Source of the DNA: a virus
Lineage: Duplodnaviria > Caudoviricetes
IMG/VR virus record: IMGVR_UViG_3300048890_000033
Location: 1 to 45,150 of that record
Reading direction: 5' to 3' (one strand)
DNA: 45,150 nucleotides
The notes beneath the pieces were generated by a model. It made no database searches, was not told where the DNA came from, and saw only the letters and a list, made by a program, of their open reading frames with translations. The position numbers and the translations under genes were made by a program. This document shows positions 8,827 to 17,985 of this stretch, one piece after another. Each line of letters starts with the position of its first letter. Positions within the stretch are counted from its first letter, which is position 1.

Positions 8827-8860
8827 GGGCCGCAACGGTGCTAGTAACACCGCGCGGCCC
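8827..8860 (+). promoter_or_regulatory. Leader stem-loop resembling C4-type antisense-control elements
   Basis: GGGCCGC..CGGTG-CTAGTAA-CACCG..GCGGCCC upstream of the T5orf172 gene. Confidence 0.45.
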
Positions 8861-8883
8861 TGACCAGACGAAGGGTATTTCGC

Positions 8884-9369
8884 ATGGCTAAAGAAACTCT
8901 AGCACAACATATCTGGCGTGGGGAGCAGCCGCTCTACACTGACCAAACAACAGGCATACCGACAGCCCTAGGCCCGTTCGTCATGGCCAAGGTCAATGAT
9001 GGGTGGACGTTCTCACATGTCCGTCTCGACGGGGCGCTTGGCCATGGTGAAACCATTTTTGCCGCATACCACCTCATGCTGGACGCTTATGAAAAGTGGT
9101 GGCGTAAAAGCGCGAGGCCGCAGGTCTATTTCATTGGGTCGCGTGCAGAGATGACCGCTCTGGTCAAGATCGGCTATACGATCGATGTAGAATCTCGGCT
9201 TAGCAACCTGCAAGTAGGCAACCCCATATCGCTGAGCATCCTTGCGACGGTTGATGGCGGCAAAAACGTAGAGGCCAGCTATCACATGCGCTTTGCGAGC
9301 CAGCGCCGGGAGGGTGAGTGGTTCGTCATCAACAAGCCCATCCTCGCTGAAATCGAGCGTCTATCATGA
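8884..9369 (+). CDS. T5orf172 / GIY-YIG-like domain protein
   Basis: 'VYFI...VKIGYT...RL..LQ.GNP', 'E...H..F...R..GEWF'. Confidence 0.8.
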   Translation: MAKETLAQHIWRGEQPLYTDQTTGIPTALGPFVMAKVNDGWTFSHVRLDGALGHGETIFAAYHLMLDAYEKWWRKSARPQVYFIGSRAEMTALVKIGYTIDVESRLSNLQVGNPISLSILATVDGGKNVEASYHMRFASQRREGEWFVINKPILAEIERLS

Positions 9370-9520
9370 CACCCCGCATCACAAGCTTGGAAGGCTACGG
9401 AAGTCGCGGACTTGTGCAGTTTTTGCACACGTTCCCCTGCGAACGTGGCGTGATTCTATCGGGAACGGTAGAGCAACATCGGGGGCGGGCACCGCACTTT
9501 TGCCGCGCGGGGTGCGGGGC

Positions 9521-9868
9521 ATGAGCTTCGTTGTCAAAAGCTGGGATGTGTTCGTGGATGGCTATGGCCCCGGCTATGGGTTCATAGCCAAGACACGCGG
9601 GAAGGCGCTGGCCGGTGCTTGGCGCTGCGACGCATTCAATGCCATCACGTTCGGCCAATTCCTCAAGATCGCTCAGTGCAGGCGAGGTCAGGATCGGCCT
9701 GACTTCGGGAGACCGATCACGGCCAACGGAAGGCCCGCATTCTTCGTCGGCAGCAATCGCCAATATGTGCAATTCGTCTGGCCAGATGGCGACGTGGTGT
9801 TCAATTCGCACCCGTTCGATGTCGAGCCGAACGAGGTCCGGCCATCAACATATCGGCCCGCATCATGA
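9521..9868 (+). CDS. Hypothetical protein
   Basis: Open frame with plausible start MSFVVK. Confidence 0.6.
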   Translation: MSFVVKSWDVFVDGYGPGYGFIAKTRGKALAGAWRCDAFNAITFGQFLKIAQCRRGQDRPDFGRPITANGRPAFFVGSNRQYVQFVWPDGDVVFNSHPFDVEPNEVRPSTYRPAS

Positions 9869-9929
9869 ACCCCTCTGCCCCCCGCGATAGATTGCGCGCG
9901 GCGTCCCAACCCCCACCAGAACGAGGCGT

Positions 9930-10409
9930 GTGATGGATCAGAAAGACCCGCCCATCGAGCCGCAAGATTATCTCTACGGCCTCAAGGTTGTCGATATTGG
10001 CGATCTCCGGGTTGCGCGTGGCATGTCTCGCCGTCCGGTTTCGGCCTGCAAGCATAAACCTCTCGTCTATGACGAACGGGAGCGGCGCATCTGGTGCCGG
10101 GACTGCGAAACCAACGTCGAGGCGTTCGACGCATTCCTGATGACCGCTGAGAATTTCGGCCGCGCAGCCTCTGAGATCACGCGCCAACGCGAAAAGCTTG
10201 AGGAGGCGCAAAATCATAACATCATCCGTGTCGCCGTCAAGCAGATGGATGAGCATTTCAGGCGCAAGAATATGGTCCCGGCCTGCCCTCATTGCAGCGC
10301 GGGGATCTTCCCGGAAGACGTTCTGAAAATGGGCAGCATCAACCGCAAATGGGAAGAGGTCCGCAGGGCCAGAGACGCCCGTTTGAAGAAAGGAGACCCA
10401 ACCCCATGA
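9930..10409 (+). CDS. Hypothetical protein with Zn-finger motifs
   Basis: 'CKH...WCRDC', 'CPHC'. Confidence 0.7.
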   Translation: MMDQKDPPIEPQDYLYGLKVVDIGDLRVARGMSRRPVSACKHKPLVYDERERRIWCRDCETNVEAFDAFLMTAENFGRAASEITRQREKLEEAQNHNIIRVAVKQMDEHFRRKNMVPACPHCSAGIFPEDVLKMGSINRKWEEVRRARDARLKKGDPTP

Positions 10410-10645
10410 CCCCACCAAGCGAAGCATGCGGGGTAGTAGTGCGGCCCGTGTTGAAGCGAGATGCTGAAACCGCCGCCATCCTGGACGAGCTCAGCGGCCT
10501 GCAAACTTGGGCAACGTTGCTTATGGCGCGCAGCATCCCGAAAGCGAGGGAGGCATACGACCTGATCCAGCGCACCCGCATATTCATCATCGAGCGCAGC
10601 GCCCACCTCACCGCCCCTGAACAGGAGAATGATGATGACCGCTGA
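10406..10645 (+). CDS. Hypothetical protein
   Basis: AAGGAG SD; ATGA coupling. Confidence 0.55.
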   Translation: MTPPSEACGVVVRPVLKRDAETAAILDELSGLQTWATLLMARSIPKAREAYDLIQRTRIFIIERSAHLTAPEQENDDDR

Positions 10646-10886
10646 GAGAATCGTAGAAAGCTCAGAAATTCGAACGGCGGTAGAGCGTGAGGAGTTCAAT
10701 CTCGTCGCCTTGCTCAAGCCCCGTATTTTTATGGACGGGAACCAGTACTGCGTCTTGTTCGGGGAGAGCCTGATGGAGGGCATAGCTGGCTTCGGAGATA
10801 CCCCTGTGCTGGCGGTATTCGACTTCAACAAAGCATGGCACCGCCCATTGCCCCCTCCAGCCATCAAGGACCAGCCCCATGACTGA
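10629..10886 (+). CDS. Hypothetical protein
   Basis: 'DGNQYC.L.GE.L.EGIAGFGDTP..A..DF' recurrent phage motif. Confidence 0.7.
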   Translation: MMMTAERIVESSEIRTAVEREEFNLVALLKPRIFMDGNQYCVLFGESLMEGIAGFGDTPVLAVFDFNKAWHRPLPPPAIKDQPHD

Positions 10887-11490
10887 CACCCCCTCACAGG
10901 CCGCACGGACGGCGGATGAACTGAAGCCTTGTCCGAACCCATGGTGCTGCGCAGATAGAGGCTACCTATACCGTATTGAAGGATTTGCGGTTGTGCGCGT
11001 TCAATGCGGGCTGTGCGGCCTACAAGGACCTGCTGTGTATACCGAGACCGAAGCTATCACTTTATGGAACACCCGCCCCGCCGAACAGGCCATCCGCTCG
11101 GAATATGAGGGCGAGCCGGTGGCGTGGATGTATGAGCGACCGAACACGGCATATCCTGTCTTGCCAAACCTTGTTGAGGTCGAGCGTTTCCGATCCGCCG
11201 AGGAATATGCGGGTTGGACGGAGACCCCTCTCTACACCCGCCCATCATCCGAACAGGCCATCCGCGCCGACGAGCGGGGGAAGGCGCTGGATGAGGCGGC
11301 GGCGCTGGCGCTAAAACTCACCGCACCCGGCCCTTGCGAGAATGTCGGCGCAATGGATTGGGAAACCGGTGTCCGTGAATGTCTGCTGGGTGATGATAGA
11401 TGCCAGTGCCTTACCGAGACTGTGAAGGGTGAGGAAATCTCCACCGCCATCCTCGCCCTCAAATCGAAAGGACAAGGCGATGCCGAGTGA
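10879..11490 (+). CDS. Lar-like (restriction alleviation) Zn-finger N-terminus fused to further modules
   Basis: 'ELKPCP..C...VQC..C...GP....AI..WNTR'. Confidence 0.7.
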   Translation: MTDTPSQAARTADELKPCPNPWCCADRGYLYRIEGFAVVRVQCGLCGLQGPAVYTETEAITLWNTRPAEQAIRSEYEGEPVAWMYERPNTAYPVLPNLVEVERFRSAEEYAGWTETPLYTRPSSEQAIRADERGKALDEAAALALKLTAPGPCENVGAMDWETGVRECLLGDDRCQCLTETVKGEEISTAILALKSKGQGDAE

Positions 11491-11806
11491 GATCGCCGGG
11501 AAACTGTACGACAGGACGGGCCGCGAGATCATGCGCGGTGACATTGTGAAGGTCTACCACTTCACCGCAGCCGTCCGGCGTAAACGCCACTTCATGTACA
11601 AGCAGGCGCTTGGGGTTGTGATGCTCGGCAATGGCGATCCGTGTCCTTACATGAAGTTCAGCCACCTCGATATGAGCGAAGATAGTTATCACGAGTTTTG
11701 CGACGGTCGCGTTCTGAAAGATTACGAGATCGTGCAGGGCACAGACGCCGATTTCTATGACCGGCCAAGAGCCTATCCCGCAAAGGACACCACCCATGCC
11801 GACTGA
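11480..11806 (+). CDS. Hypothetical protein (YopX-like start)
   Basis: 'LYDRTGREIMRGDIVK'. Confidence 0.65.
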   Translation: MPSEIAGKLYDRTGREIMRGDIVKVYHFTAAVRRKRHFMYKQALGVVMLGNGDPCPYMKFSHLDMSEDSYHEFCDGRVLKDYEIVQGTDADFYDRPRAYPAKDTTHAD

Positions 11807-11960
11807 CCCCAACGAGATCGAGAGGCTGGCGGAAAAGGCTATAGCTCATGCGAGTCTCTACAGCACTGGCGAAGGTGATCCGAGACGGAAATTCACTATG
11901 GCCCAAATGGAAATAGCCATCGCATATACCCTCAAAGCCAAGGAGCAGAGCGGTGAGTGA
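11796..11960 (+). CDS. Hypothetical protein
   Basis: AAGGA SD; overlap coupling. Confidence 0.5.
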   Translation: MPTDPNEIERLAEKAIAHASLYSTGEGDPRRKFTMAQMEIAIAYTLKAKEQSGE

Positions 11961-12156
11961 GGCGGAGCGGATCGCGGCGGGATTGAGCGAGGCGCAGCGG
12001 GATGGAGTCGTAGGGGAGTTCTTGGGCGGCACCTACCGCGTGACCAGATGCCGCCGCGCTCTTGTCGCCAAGGGGATTTGCCAGCCGGGCACGAGAGCAT
12101 TGACGAAACTCGGCCTTGAAATCCGCGCCATCATCGAAAGGGAAAGCCATGGATAA
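11953..12156 (+). CDS. Small wHTH-like protein
   Basis: 'LSEAQR...ALVAKGI...LTKLGLEIR'. Confidence 0.55.
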   Translation: MSEAERIAAGLSEAQRDGVVGEFLGGTYRVTRCRRALVAKGICQPGTRALTKLGLEIRAIIERESHG

Positions 12157-12475
12157 GGCAGACGAAGAGCTTTGCGCGCGGATCGTGGAGGAGGCTGATT
12201 TCCTAGACGATAATCGTCCGGGCTCCGAGCGCTCGACAACTGTTCCTCTACTCCGGGATGCCCGCGACCGCATCACCCAACAGGCGCAGGAGATCGCCGC
12301 ACTCAGGGAGGCGTTGCAGCCGTTCGCAGACGAAGCCGAGAACTATGCTTACGGTGACGGAAGCGGCGAGCCGGATTTGAAGGGTTCGCCGGACCATAGT
12401 TCATTGAACGAGATGAATGACCTTCTCGTCGGCCATTTGCGCCGCGCCCAAGCAGCCCTAGGGGACAAGCCATGA
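12149..12475 (+). CDS. Hypothetical protein
   Basis: 'EIAALREALQPFA...LRRAQAAL' pattern. Confidence 0.6.
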   Translation: MDKADEELCARIVEEADFLDDNRPGSERSTTVPLLRDARDRITQQAQEIAALREALQPFADEAENYAYGDGSGEPDLKGSPDHSSLNEMNDLLVGHLRRAQAALGDKP

Positions 12476-12699
12476 GCGACGGAGTCACATTATTTCATGT
12501 CGCGGTGGTGCTAAGCTTAGTGCTCCTTGCTAGAATTATTGGGTAAATGATGAGTGCGAGCAAAAGACGGTGGCATCATCTGTGGTGCCACATCCTATGG
12601 GGTAAGCATCCCGTCCACATCGTTCACGCACCGTCGCGCATGTACGAATGCGAGACGTGCGGACTTCGTTACCGCCATCCTTTTTTGGAGTTTTGAGCC

Positions 12700-13008
12700 A
12701 TGAAGCCGAACCAAGCTGACCGCGAGGCGGCGGTTAAATTCCTCCGCGAGCGAGGCTTCCCAAGCTGTCACACAGAGGCCGACCTGATCGAGTTAGGCGA
12801 ATGGGACCATCATTCATCAGTCCAAGCCTTCATGCGACACCGCCACGCAGGCATGGAACTGGCGCGGGCAGAGGCGGCGAAGGTGGTTCAGGGCGAGGCG
12901 CTTATCAACCCAACCGACAGCGAAGATGACAAGGCTTACGACAATGCAATCCGCGATGCGTTAGAAGCCATCCTCGCCATCGACCTTGACGCGCTGGGGG
13001 AGAAGTGA
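12700..13008 (+). CDS. Hypothetical protein
   Basis: GGAG SD; 'QADREAA...VQAFMRHR'. Confidence 0.65.
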   Translation: MKPNQADREAAVKFLRERGFPSCHTEADLIELGEWDHHSSVQAFMRHRHAGMELARAEAAKVVQGEALINPTDSEDDKAYDNAIRDALEAILAIDLDALGEK

Positions 13009-13117
13009 TGATTAAGCGTTTCACAAATTATTACCGCACTTGGCGCGGCAAAGGCGCGGCCAAACTTGATCACAGGCTATGGCTTCACTGGGCTATTTTT
13101 GGGAAGTACCCAACACC

Positions 13118-13438
13118 ATGACCGACCTAGAAACCAGAGCGCGTGAGATTGTGGCCACACTGCGCGGCATCATTATGTGCAAGGAAGACACCGACGCGGT
13201 AGCCGATATTATCGAGGATCTACTGTCAGAGCGAACTTGGCAACCGATCGAAAATGCGCCGAAAGACGGGACATATATTCTGTCATTTGACGCCAACTCA
13301 AACTACCCGGATGATGTCGAAGAAACGATATGGATCGCCTATTGGGATCGCGATTGCTGGCGAATAGCACTTGATGGGCAGTCCGTGAATCCAACGAATT
13401 GGATGCCATTGCCAACGATGAAGTTGGGGGAGAAGTGA
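13118..13438 (+). CDS. Second DUF551-type protein
   Basis: 'WQPIENAPKDGT...PTNWMPLP'. Confidence 0.75.
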   Translation: MTDLETRAREIVATLRGIIMCKEDTDAVADIIEDLLSERTWQPIENAPKDGTYILSFDANSNYPDDVEETIWIAYWDRDCWRIALDGQSVNPTNWMPLPTMKLGEK

Positions 13439-13629
13439 TGGACACATACGCAGTTTGCGCAGCGGTCGTGGTTTCGGCCTTCACAGCCATCTTCCTGCCA
13501 ATGTTATTGGTCTATACATGGCGTGATTATCGTTCGGGCGGCTCTCTTCCGTTCAACATCGCTCTGGCAGCTTTTGGAATTTTAGGGGCGGCTTTGTTCG
13601 TTCCTATGTTCTGGCTTATGATCCCATGA
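13438..13629 (+). CDS. Small two-TM membrane protein
   Basis: Two hydrophobic segments; TGATG coupling. Confidence 0.6.
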   Translation: MDTYAVCAAVVVSAFTAIFLPMLLVYTWRDYRSGGSLPFNIALAAFGILGAALFVPMFWLMIP

Positions 13630-13827
13630 GGGGAACCCCTCCGTCCCAATTCCTGCTCGGCGCCTTGTCCACCCTGGCATTGCTGGCCGTGGGATTTATA
13701 TGGTGGGCGTGGTAGCTGCGGGCCGTTTCCAGCATCTCGCGTTGACCCGGCGAGAGGGTCGGGAAGCTGTATGCATCAGTGCTTCCCAGTGGTGTTAGCC
13801 CGCGTATCAACTACGCCGCCGCAGCCC

Positions 13828-14394
13828 TCAGGGTATAGCCGAACCCGGTGCGGACTGCAACTGCGCAAACTCAAGCCAGACCGCATCATATTGCACGTAA
13901 CAGGATTTCAGTTCGGCTTTGATCCGGTCTGCGCGGGCAGCTTCCCCGACAAGAAATCCTGCATCCTCGGCAAAAAGCCCTGTTCCAGTTCCGACTGGGG
14001 GAGCCGCTTGATCGGCGGCACCTTGGGCGGCGGTGGGCACGGGGCGACGTGGCCGGTTCCGCAACTGCTCAAGCAGAGCATCGCGAGCGGCAGAAATGTC
14101 AGCAACTTCACGGTCTTTCTCCTGTTGGATGGCCTTGGCGCTTTCGGACATGCGCTGCTCGGACTGCCGGTATTTGATGCCCTGAGCCTTTCCGACCCGT
14201 ATCATCGCCGCGACCTCAGAGCGTGCCGCATCCCTCTGCCCCATCACATGGTCCAGTCGCCACCACAGCGCCCCAGACAGGCCCGCCAGCGCGAGTATGG
14301 CCGCAAGCTGAGGATTGGCCCGCACGAAGCTGAACAGCGCTGTGGCGGCGCTCAGGAGGCGGGAGAATAGGGTTTTGAGGATGAGGCCGATCAT
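13828..14394 (-). CDS. i-spanin (Rz-like)
   Basis: N-terminal TM plus coiled coil; last gene of the lysis cassette. Confidence 0.8.
   Translation of the reverse strand: MIGLILKTLFSRLLSAATALFSFVRANPQLAAILALAGLSGALWWRLDHVMGQRDAARSEVAAMIRVGKAQGIKYRQSEQRMSESAKAIQQEKDREVADISAARDALLEQLRNRPRRPVPTAAQGAADQAAPPVGTGTGLFAEDAGFLVGEAARADRIKAELKSCYVQYDAVWLEFAQLQSAPGSAIP
13908..14111 (-). CDS. o-spanin (Rz1-like) lipoprotein embedded in the i-spanin gene
   Basis: Signal peptide with lipobox LSSC, Pro-rich mature part, GGAG SD, alternate frame. Confidence 0.8.
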   Translation of the reverse strand: MKLLTFLPLAMLCLSSCGTGHVAPCPPPPKVPPIKRLPQSELEQGFLPRMQDFLSGKLPAQTGSKPN

Positions 14395-14786
14395 GGATTT
14401 GTCTTCCGTGTGCGGCCTGTATCAAGAGCGATTTGCAGGCAGAATTGGACGATATGCTGAACTAGATACGCCTCGCTCTCTCGGCCAGGGCTGTCCTCGC
14501 CAATATTCTCCCACAATTCCTGCGCGACGTGAACGGCCTCATGGGCGATAAGGGCGGCGATTTGCTCGGTTGAGCCTCCCGTCTTGTCGAGTGTGATGAT
14601 GCAGCAGGTGCTATTGTCTTTGCGCAGATGATGGGTTGTCGCATTGGCACCGCTGCGAGCCAAGAATGCTGTTTTGCCAGCATCGAGGCGCTTCATCTCT
14701 TTCGCAAACGCCTTTTTTGACGTGGTGAAGCCAACATAGATCGGCCATGGCCCCATATGACAATAGTCGATATGCGGCTCGCTCAC
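14391..14786 (-). CDS. HEXXH zincin-like protein
   Basis: 'IAHEAVH...E..AY'. Confidence 0.65.
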   Translation of the reverse strand: MSEPHIDYCHMGPWPIYVGFTTSKKAFAKEMKRLDAGKTAFLARSGANATTHHLRKDNSTCCIITLDKTGGSTEQIAALIAHEAVHVAQELWENIGEDSPGRESEAYLVQHIVQFCLQIALDTGRTRKTNP

Positions 14787-14911
14787 TTCCTCACCCCCAA
14801 ATTATAAACCGCCGCATGGAATGGCGACAGCCGCGTCCACCATGGCGGGCCTGGTTTCACGGCGGGCGCAGGCTCGGCGCGCATCCGGTCGATTTCGGAT
14901 TGCTGGGTCAT
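14783..14911 (-). CDS. Small hypothetical protein (42 aa)
   Basis: GGAG SD; coupled on both sides. Confidence 0.45.
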   Translation of the reverse strand: MTQQSEIDRMRAEPAPAVKPGPPWWTRLSPFHAAVYNLGVRK

Positions 14912-15177
14912 GACTTGTCTCCAGGGAGGGTGGCGGGCGGATCTGATGGCGGCGCATTGGCCAGTGATTGGCCCATCCTGTCGAGGCTGCGCTGAGTCCA
15001 CCTCTCCTTGATCGCGTTGATGATCGACATAAGCACGGCGGTCCACGCCGACGCCTCGCCCGCTTTGTTTGCGGCAATCGCCACGCCGGCAAGATGGATG
15101 ACGCCGATGGCAATGATCGCCAATAACGCGATTTCGCTGGCGTGGTCGGATGGCGGGGCAATACGCGGGAGTTTCAT
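14908..15177 (-). CDS. Putative holin (two TM)
   Basis: Two hydrophobic helices, charged tail, ATGA-coupled to the endolysin. Confidence 0.65.
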   Translation of the reverse strand: MKLPRIAPPSDHASEIALLAIIAIGVIHLAGVAIAANKAGEASAWTAVLMSIINAIKERWTQRSLDRMGQSLANAPPSDPPATLPGDKS

Positions 15178-15716
15178 GCTGCCACCCGGGTTCGCAGCCA
15201 TCCGAACGCAAAGGCTTCGTTTGTCTGCCTCGCCTCGCACAGCGCAATGTACCGCTCGCCTTGCAACGCATTGAGTGCTGCGAGCATGACTTTGCTGCCT
15301 TCATTCCCGCGCTTATCCAGATATGCCTTCAGCGCAGCGCGCGTCCCGGGTCCGGCGTCACCGTCTGCCACAAGGTCGGCATAATCGCGGCCCTGATTGT
15401 TCAGGGCGTTCAGGGCTCTTTGCAGGAACATGGCAGCGACCTTGGGCCCCATGTTCACGCCAGTATCGACCAGCTCCGCGCCTATCGCCGGGTCCATCGT
15501 TCCGATCTTGTCAAAGCCCGGGGCGATGACATAGCGGCGCAGATAGATTTCCTTGGCCACGGCCCGGGGGAGATCGCGCAGCGGGCCCGCAAAACCATTT
15601 GCCCGGGCGGTCTCTTTCGTGATGCCCCAGTTGGTTTCGCCCCCTGCATCGCGCTGGTCATTCACGTACCGGCCTTCCCGGGTCAGCACGCCTTCGATTA
15701 CCTGGTCTATGTTCAT
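15174..15716 (-). CDS. Endolysin, GH108 plus PG_binding_3
   Basis: 'EGRYVNDQRDAGGETNWGIT', 'DTGVNMGP', 'F.FGWL..RV'. Confidence 0.92.
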   Translation of the reverse strand: MNIDQVIEGVLTREGRYVNDQRDAGGETNWGITKETARANGFAGPLRDLPRAVAKEIYLRRYVIAPGFDKIGTMDPAIGAELVDTGVNMGPKVAAMFLQRALNALNNQGRDYADLVADGDAGPGTRAALKAYLDKRGNEGSKVMLAALNALQGERYIALCEARQTNEAFAFGWLRTRVAA

Positions 15717-15946
15717 GCCAATTTCTCCGCCACCACCCGCACATAATTACGATCCGGCGCGTCGGGATGGCGGACGAAGTAAACCGAGTGCGCTTCAGCA
15801 GCGAGAGTGCGCAGCGACGGCGGGTTGATCACGCCGAGCGCCGCCATTTCCGCGCGCATCGCCTTGCCCGCCGCCAGCGTTGTCGCCACGATGGTCTCGG
15901 ACTCCTGCACGCTGTCCACCACGCGCTCTATGGTCCAGCGGATCAT
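15713..15946 (-). CDS. Hypothetical protein
   Basis: ATGA coupling on both sides. Confidence 0.55.
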   Translation of the reverse strand: MIRWTIERVVDSVQESETIVATTLAAGKAMRAEMAALGVINPPSLRTLAAEAHSVYFVRHPDAPDRNYVRVVAEKLA

Positions 15947-17985
15947 GCCCGTAGCACCGCGCGGAACGCCGCATCCGCGATATAGTCGCTTGCCACCTGT
16001 TGCGGGGTGAGCGGCCCGTGTATCCGGGCCATGGCATAAACGCGCGTGGTCGGGAGCGACGTGCTGGTGCGATTGCCGAGCCGCATTTCAACATTGTCGA
16101 GGGCGTCGGCAGCGGTGGTATTTGACGCGATCTGGACGCCGTTATGGTACATGCGCTTATCGCCAGCCGCCCGACTGATTGTCACGAAACTGCCGGAACC
16201 ATCCGTGTTGGCCACCAGCGTTGCCGCGGCGCTCTGATTGATGCGCAATGCAGCTTGATCCGAGGCAGTCCGCGCCTGGCTGATTGTTGACGCCGCGCCC
16301 ATATCAATGCCGCCATCCTGCCCGGCCGTTTCGCTCCAATAGCCGAAACCGCCGACGCCCTTGGTGATGTTCCAGCGCAAGGTGTCGCCTGTGGTCGGGT
16401 TGAATACGAGCGACATGTAGCTGCCGGTGCCACTGCCCTGCACGCCGCTTTTCGCCGTCCAGGTCATGTTGGTCAATGTCGCGGTGAAGCTGGTAGATGT
16501 CATGTTGCGGAGCATGTCCGCCTGACTGCTCGCCCAGTTTGTCCAACGCAGCACGATATTCTGGAAATAACTGCCGCTGTTGATCTGCCCCTGGAAATAG
16601 TCGGCCAGAGCGGTTGCGACCGCCGCTGTTGGCTGTGTCGTCAGGCGCGCAAGGAAGGCCGCTGCTTCAGTATCCCCGCGTGTCCGCTGCCAGCCCACAT
16701 AGCCGTTATCTCCATGCGCCCACATGCGGCATTGTTCCGGCGCGGAGGGATTGCCCGTGGTCTCGAACAACGTGATGCGCAGATTGGCATGGGCGTTTCG
16801 GACGACATTGGGCGGATAGAGAGCAAGACCGGACGCCAGCCGGAATATGACCTCGCTGCCGAGTGTTCCATCCGCCGCCCGTTCCCGATAGCAAAGGTCG
16901 CCGCCAAACCCCCAGCCGATCGCCTGCGTATCGCGAGCATACCAGAAGCGGATGGCGCCCGATGGATATACCACGGGGGACGGCGTGTTATAACGATCAG
17001 CGATGGTGGCGATGGAAACCGGGCTGCTCCACGCCGAGCCGGTATAGCGGATATAATAAGCATCCCTGCCATTGGCCGAATCCTGGAATGTGATAAACGG
17101 CAGATCGTTGACGGCATCAAAGGCGAGCTGCGGGATGCTGCCGTAATTCGGCAGGGTGTGTGTGAAGAGCCGGTAGTTCGCGACAATGGTGGCCTCCGCC
17201 AGCGGGACCGCATCCGATCGAGCGCCGCCATAGGTGTTCCAGGTGTCGGTCGCCGTCTGATAGACGCCGTAATGAACGTGCCGGCGCCAAGTATCAGCAC
17301 CATCCGCCTGCGCCCAGACCATGTGGATATCCGTGCCGCGCACGATGCCATTGCCCTGATACCAGCGGCCTTGCGTGCTTTCGAACTGTCCGACGATGAC
17401 GCCCGCCGCGACCGTTGGAACATCCGACCCGTCGAAGGTGATGGCGTAGCGCCGAAGCCGGTACAGGAACGACGTGCCCTCGCGAGAGAACAGGTGCAAC
17501 GTGCTGCCGACCACATAGGCATGGGGGTAGGATGAACCTTCTGCAACGGCGAATTGCGTCTGGGCCGTCCATGCCGTCACGTCGCCAATATTGGTCGTGA
17601 TCGACCACTGCATCGGCAGGTTGTGCGCGCCGTAGAACACCGCCCACCGGCCTGACGGCATCTTGACAATGCAGGGAACGCCGTGGTCATCGTTCGTCAT
17701 GGTGACTGTGCCGACGACATATTGATCGCTCCACAGCCCGGTCGCGTGGTCATAAACCGCCGCATAGACCTTGCGGACAAGGGTGTTGATGTCCCACCCT
17801 TCCCAGGCCGACCATGTTTTGTTGGTCGATGCGTCATAAACTGCGGCCTGCCCGGTCGCGCCGGGATAGTTCGCCGAGGTCGAGCCATTGGTCGCAAAGT
17901 TCTGGCGGACATAGGGATCGACGGGCACGGATGCAGCAGCAGCGTGACCTTGAAGCCGCAGCCCGAGTGAAAGCCCCATGCCCAT
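15943..17985 (-). CDS. BNR_4/sialidase-like beta-propeller protein with beta-sandwich C-terminus; candidate head-spike fibre
   Basis: 'DDHGVPCI...G.H', 'SYPH', 'LHLFSR'; N-terminus MGMGLSLGL. Confidence 0.7.
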   Translation of the reverse strand: MGMGLSLGLRLQGHAAAASVPVDPYVRQNFATNGSTSANYPGATGQAAVYDASTNKTWSAWEGWDINTLVRKVYAAVYDHATGLWSDQYVVGTVTMTNDDHGVPCIVKMPSGRWAVFYGAHNLPMQWSITTNIGDVTAWTAQTQFAVAEGSSYPHAYVVGSTLHLFSREGTSFLYRLRRYAITFDGSDVPTVAAGVIVGQFESTQGRWYQGNGIVRGTDIHMVWAQADGADTWRRHVHYGVYQTATDTWNTYGGARSDAVPLAEATIVANYRLFTHTLPNYGSIPQLAFDAVNDLPFITFQDSANGRDAYYIRYTGSAWSSPVSIATIADRYNTPSPVVYPSGAIRFWYARDTQAIGWGFGGDLCYRERAADGTLGSEVIFRLASGLALYPPNVVRNAHANLRITLFETTGNPSAPEQCRMWAHGDNGYVGWQRTRGDTEAAAFLARLTTQPTAAVATALADYFQGQINSGSYFQNIVLRWTNWASSQADMLRNMTSTSFTATLTNMTWTAKSGVQGSGTGSYMSLVFNPTTGDTLRWNITKGVGGFGYWSETAGQDGGIDMGAASTISQARTASDQAALRINQSAAATLVANTDGSGSFVTISRAAGDKRMYHNGVQIASNTTAADALDNVEMRLGNRTSTSLPTTRVYAMARIHGPLTPQQVASDYIADAAFRAVLRA

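Noticed and set aside
9413-9477. TGTGCA-N5-TGCACA and GAAC-N7-CAAC as operator or LexA box
   Set aside because: Short or mismatched, with no clear linked promoter
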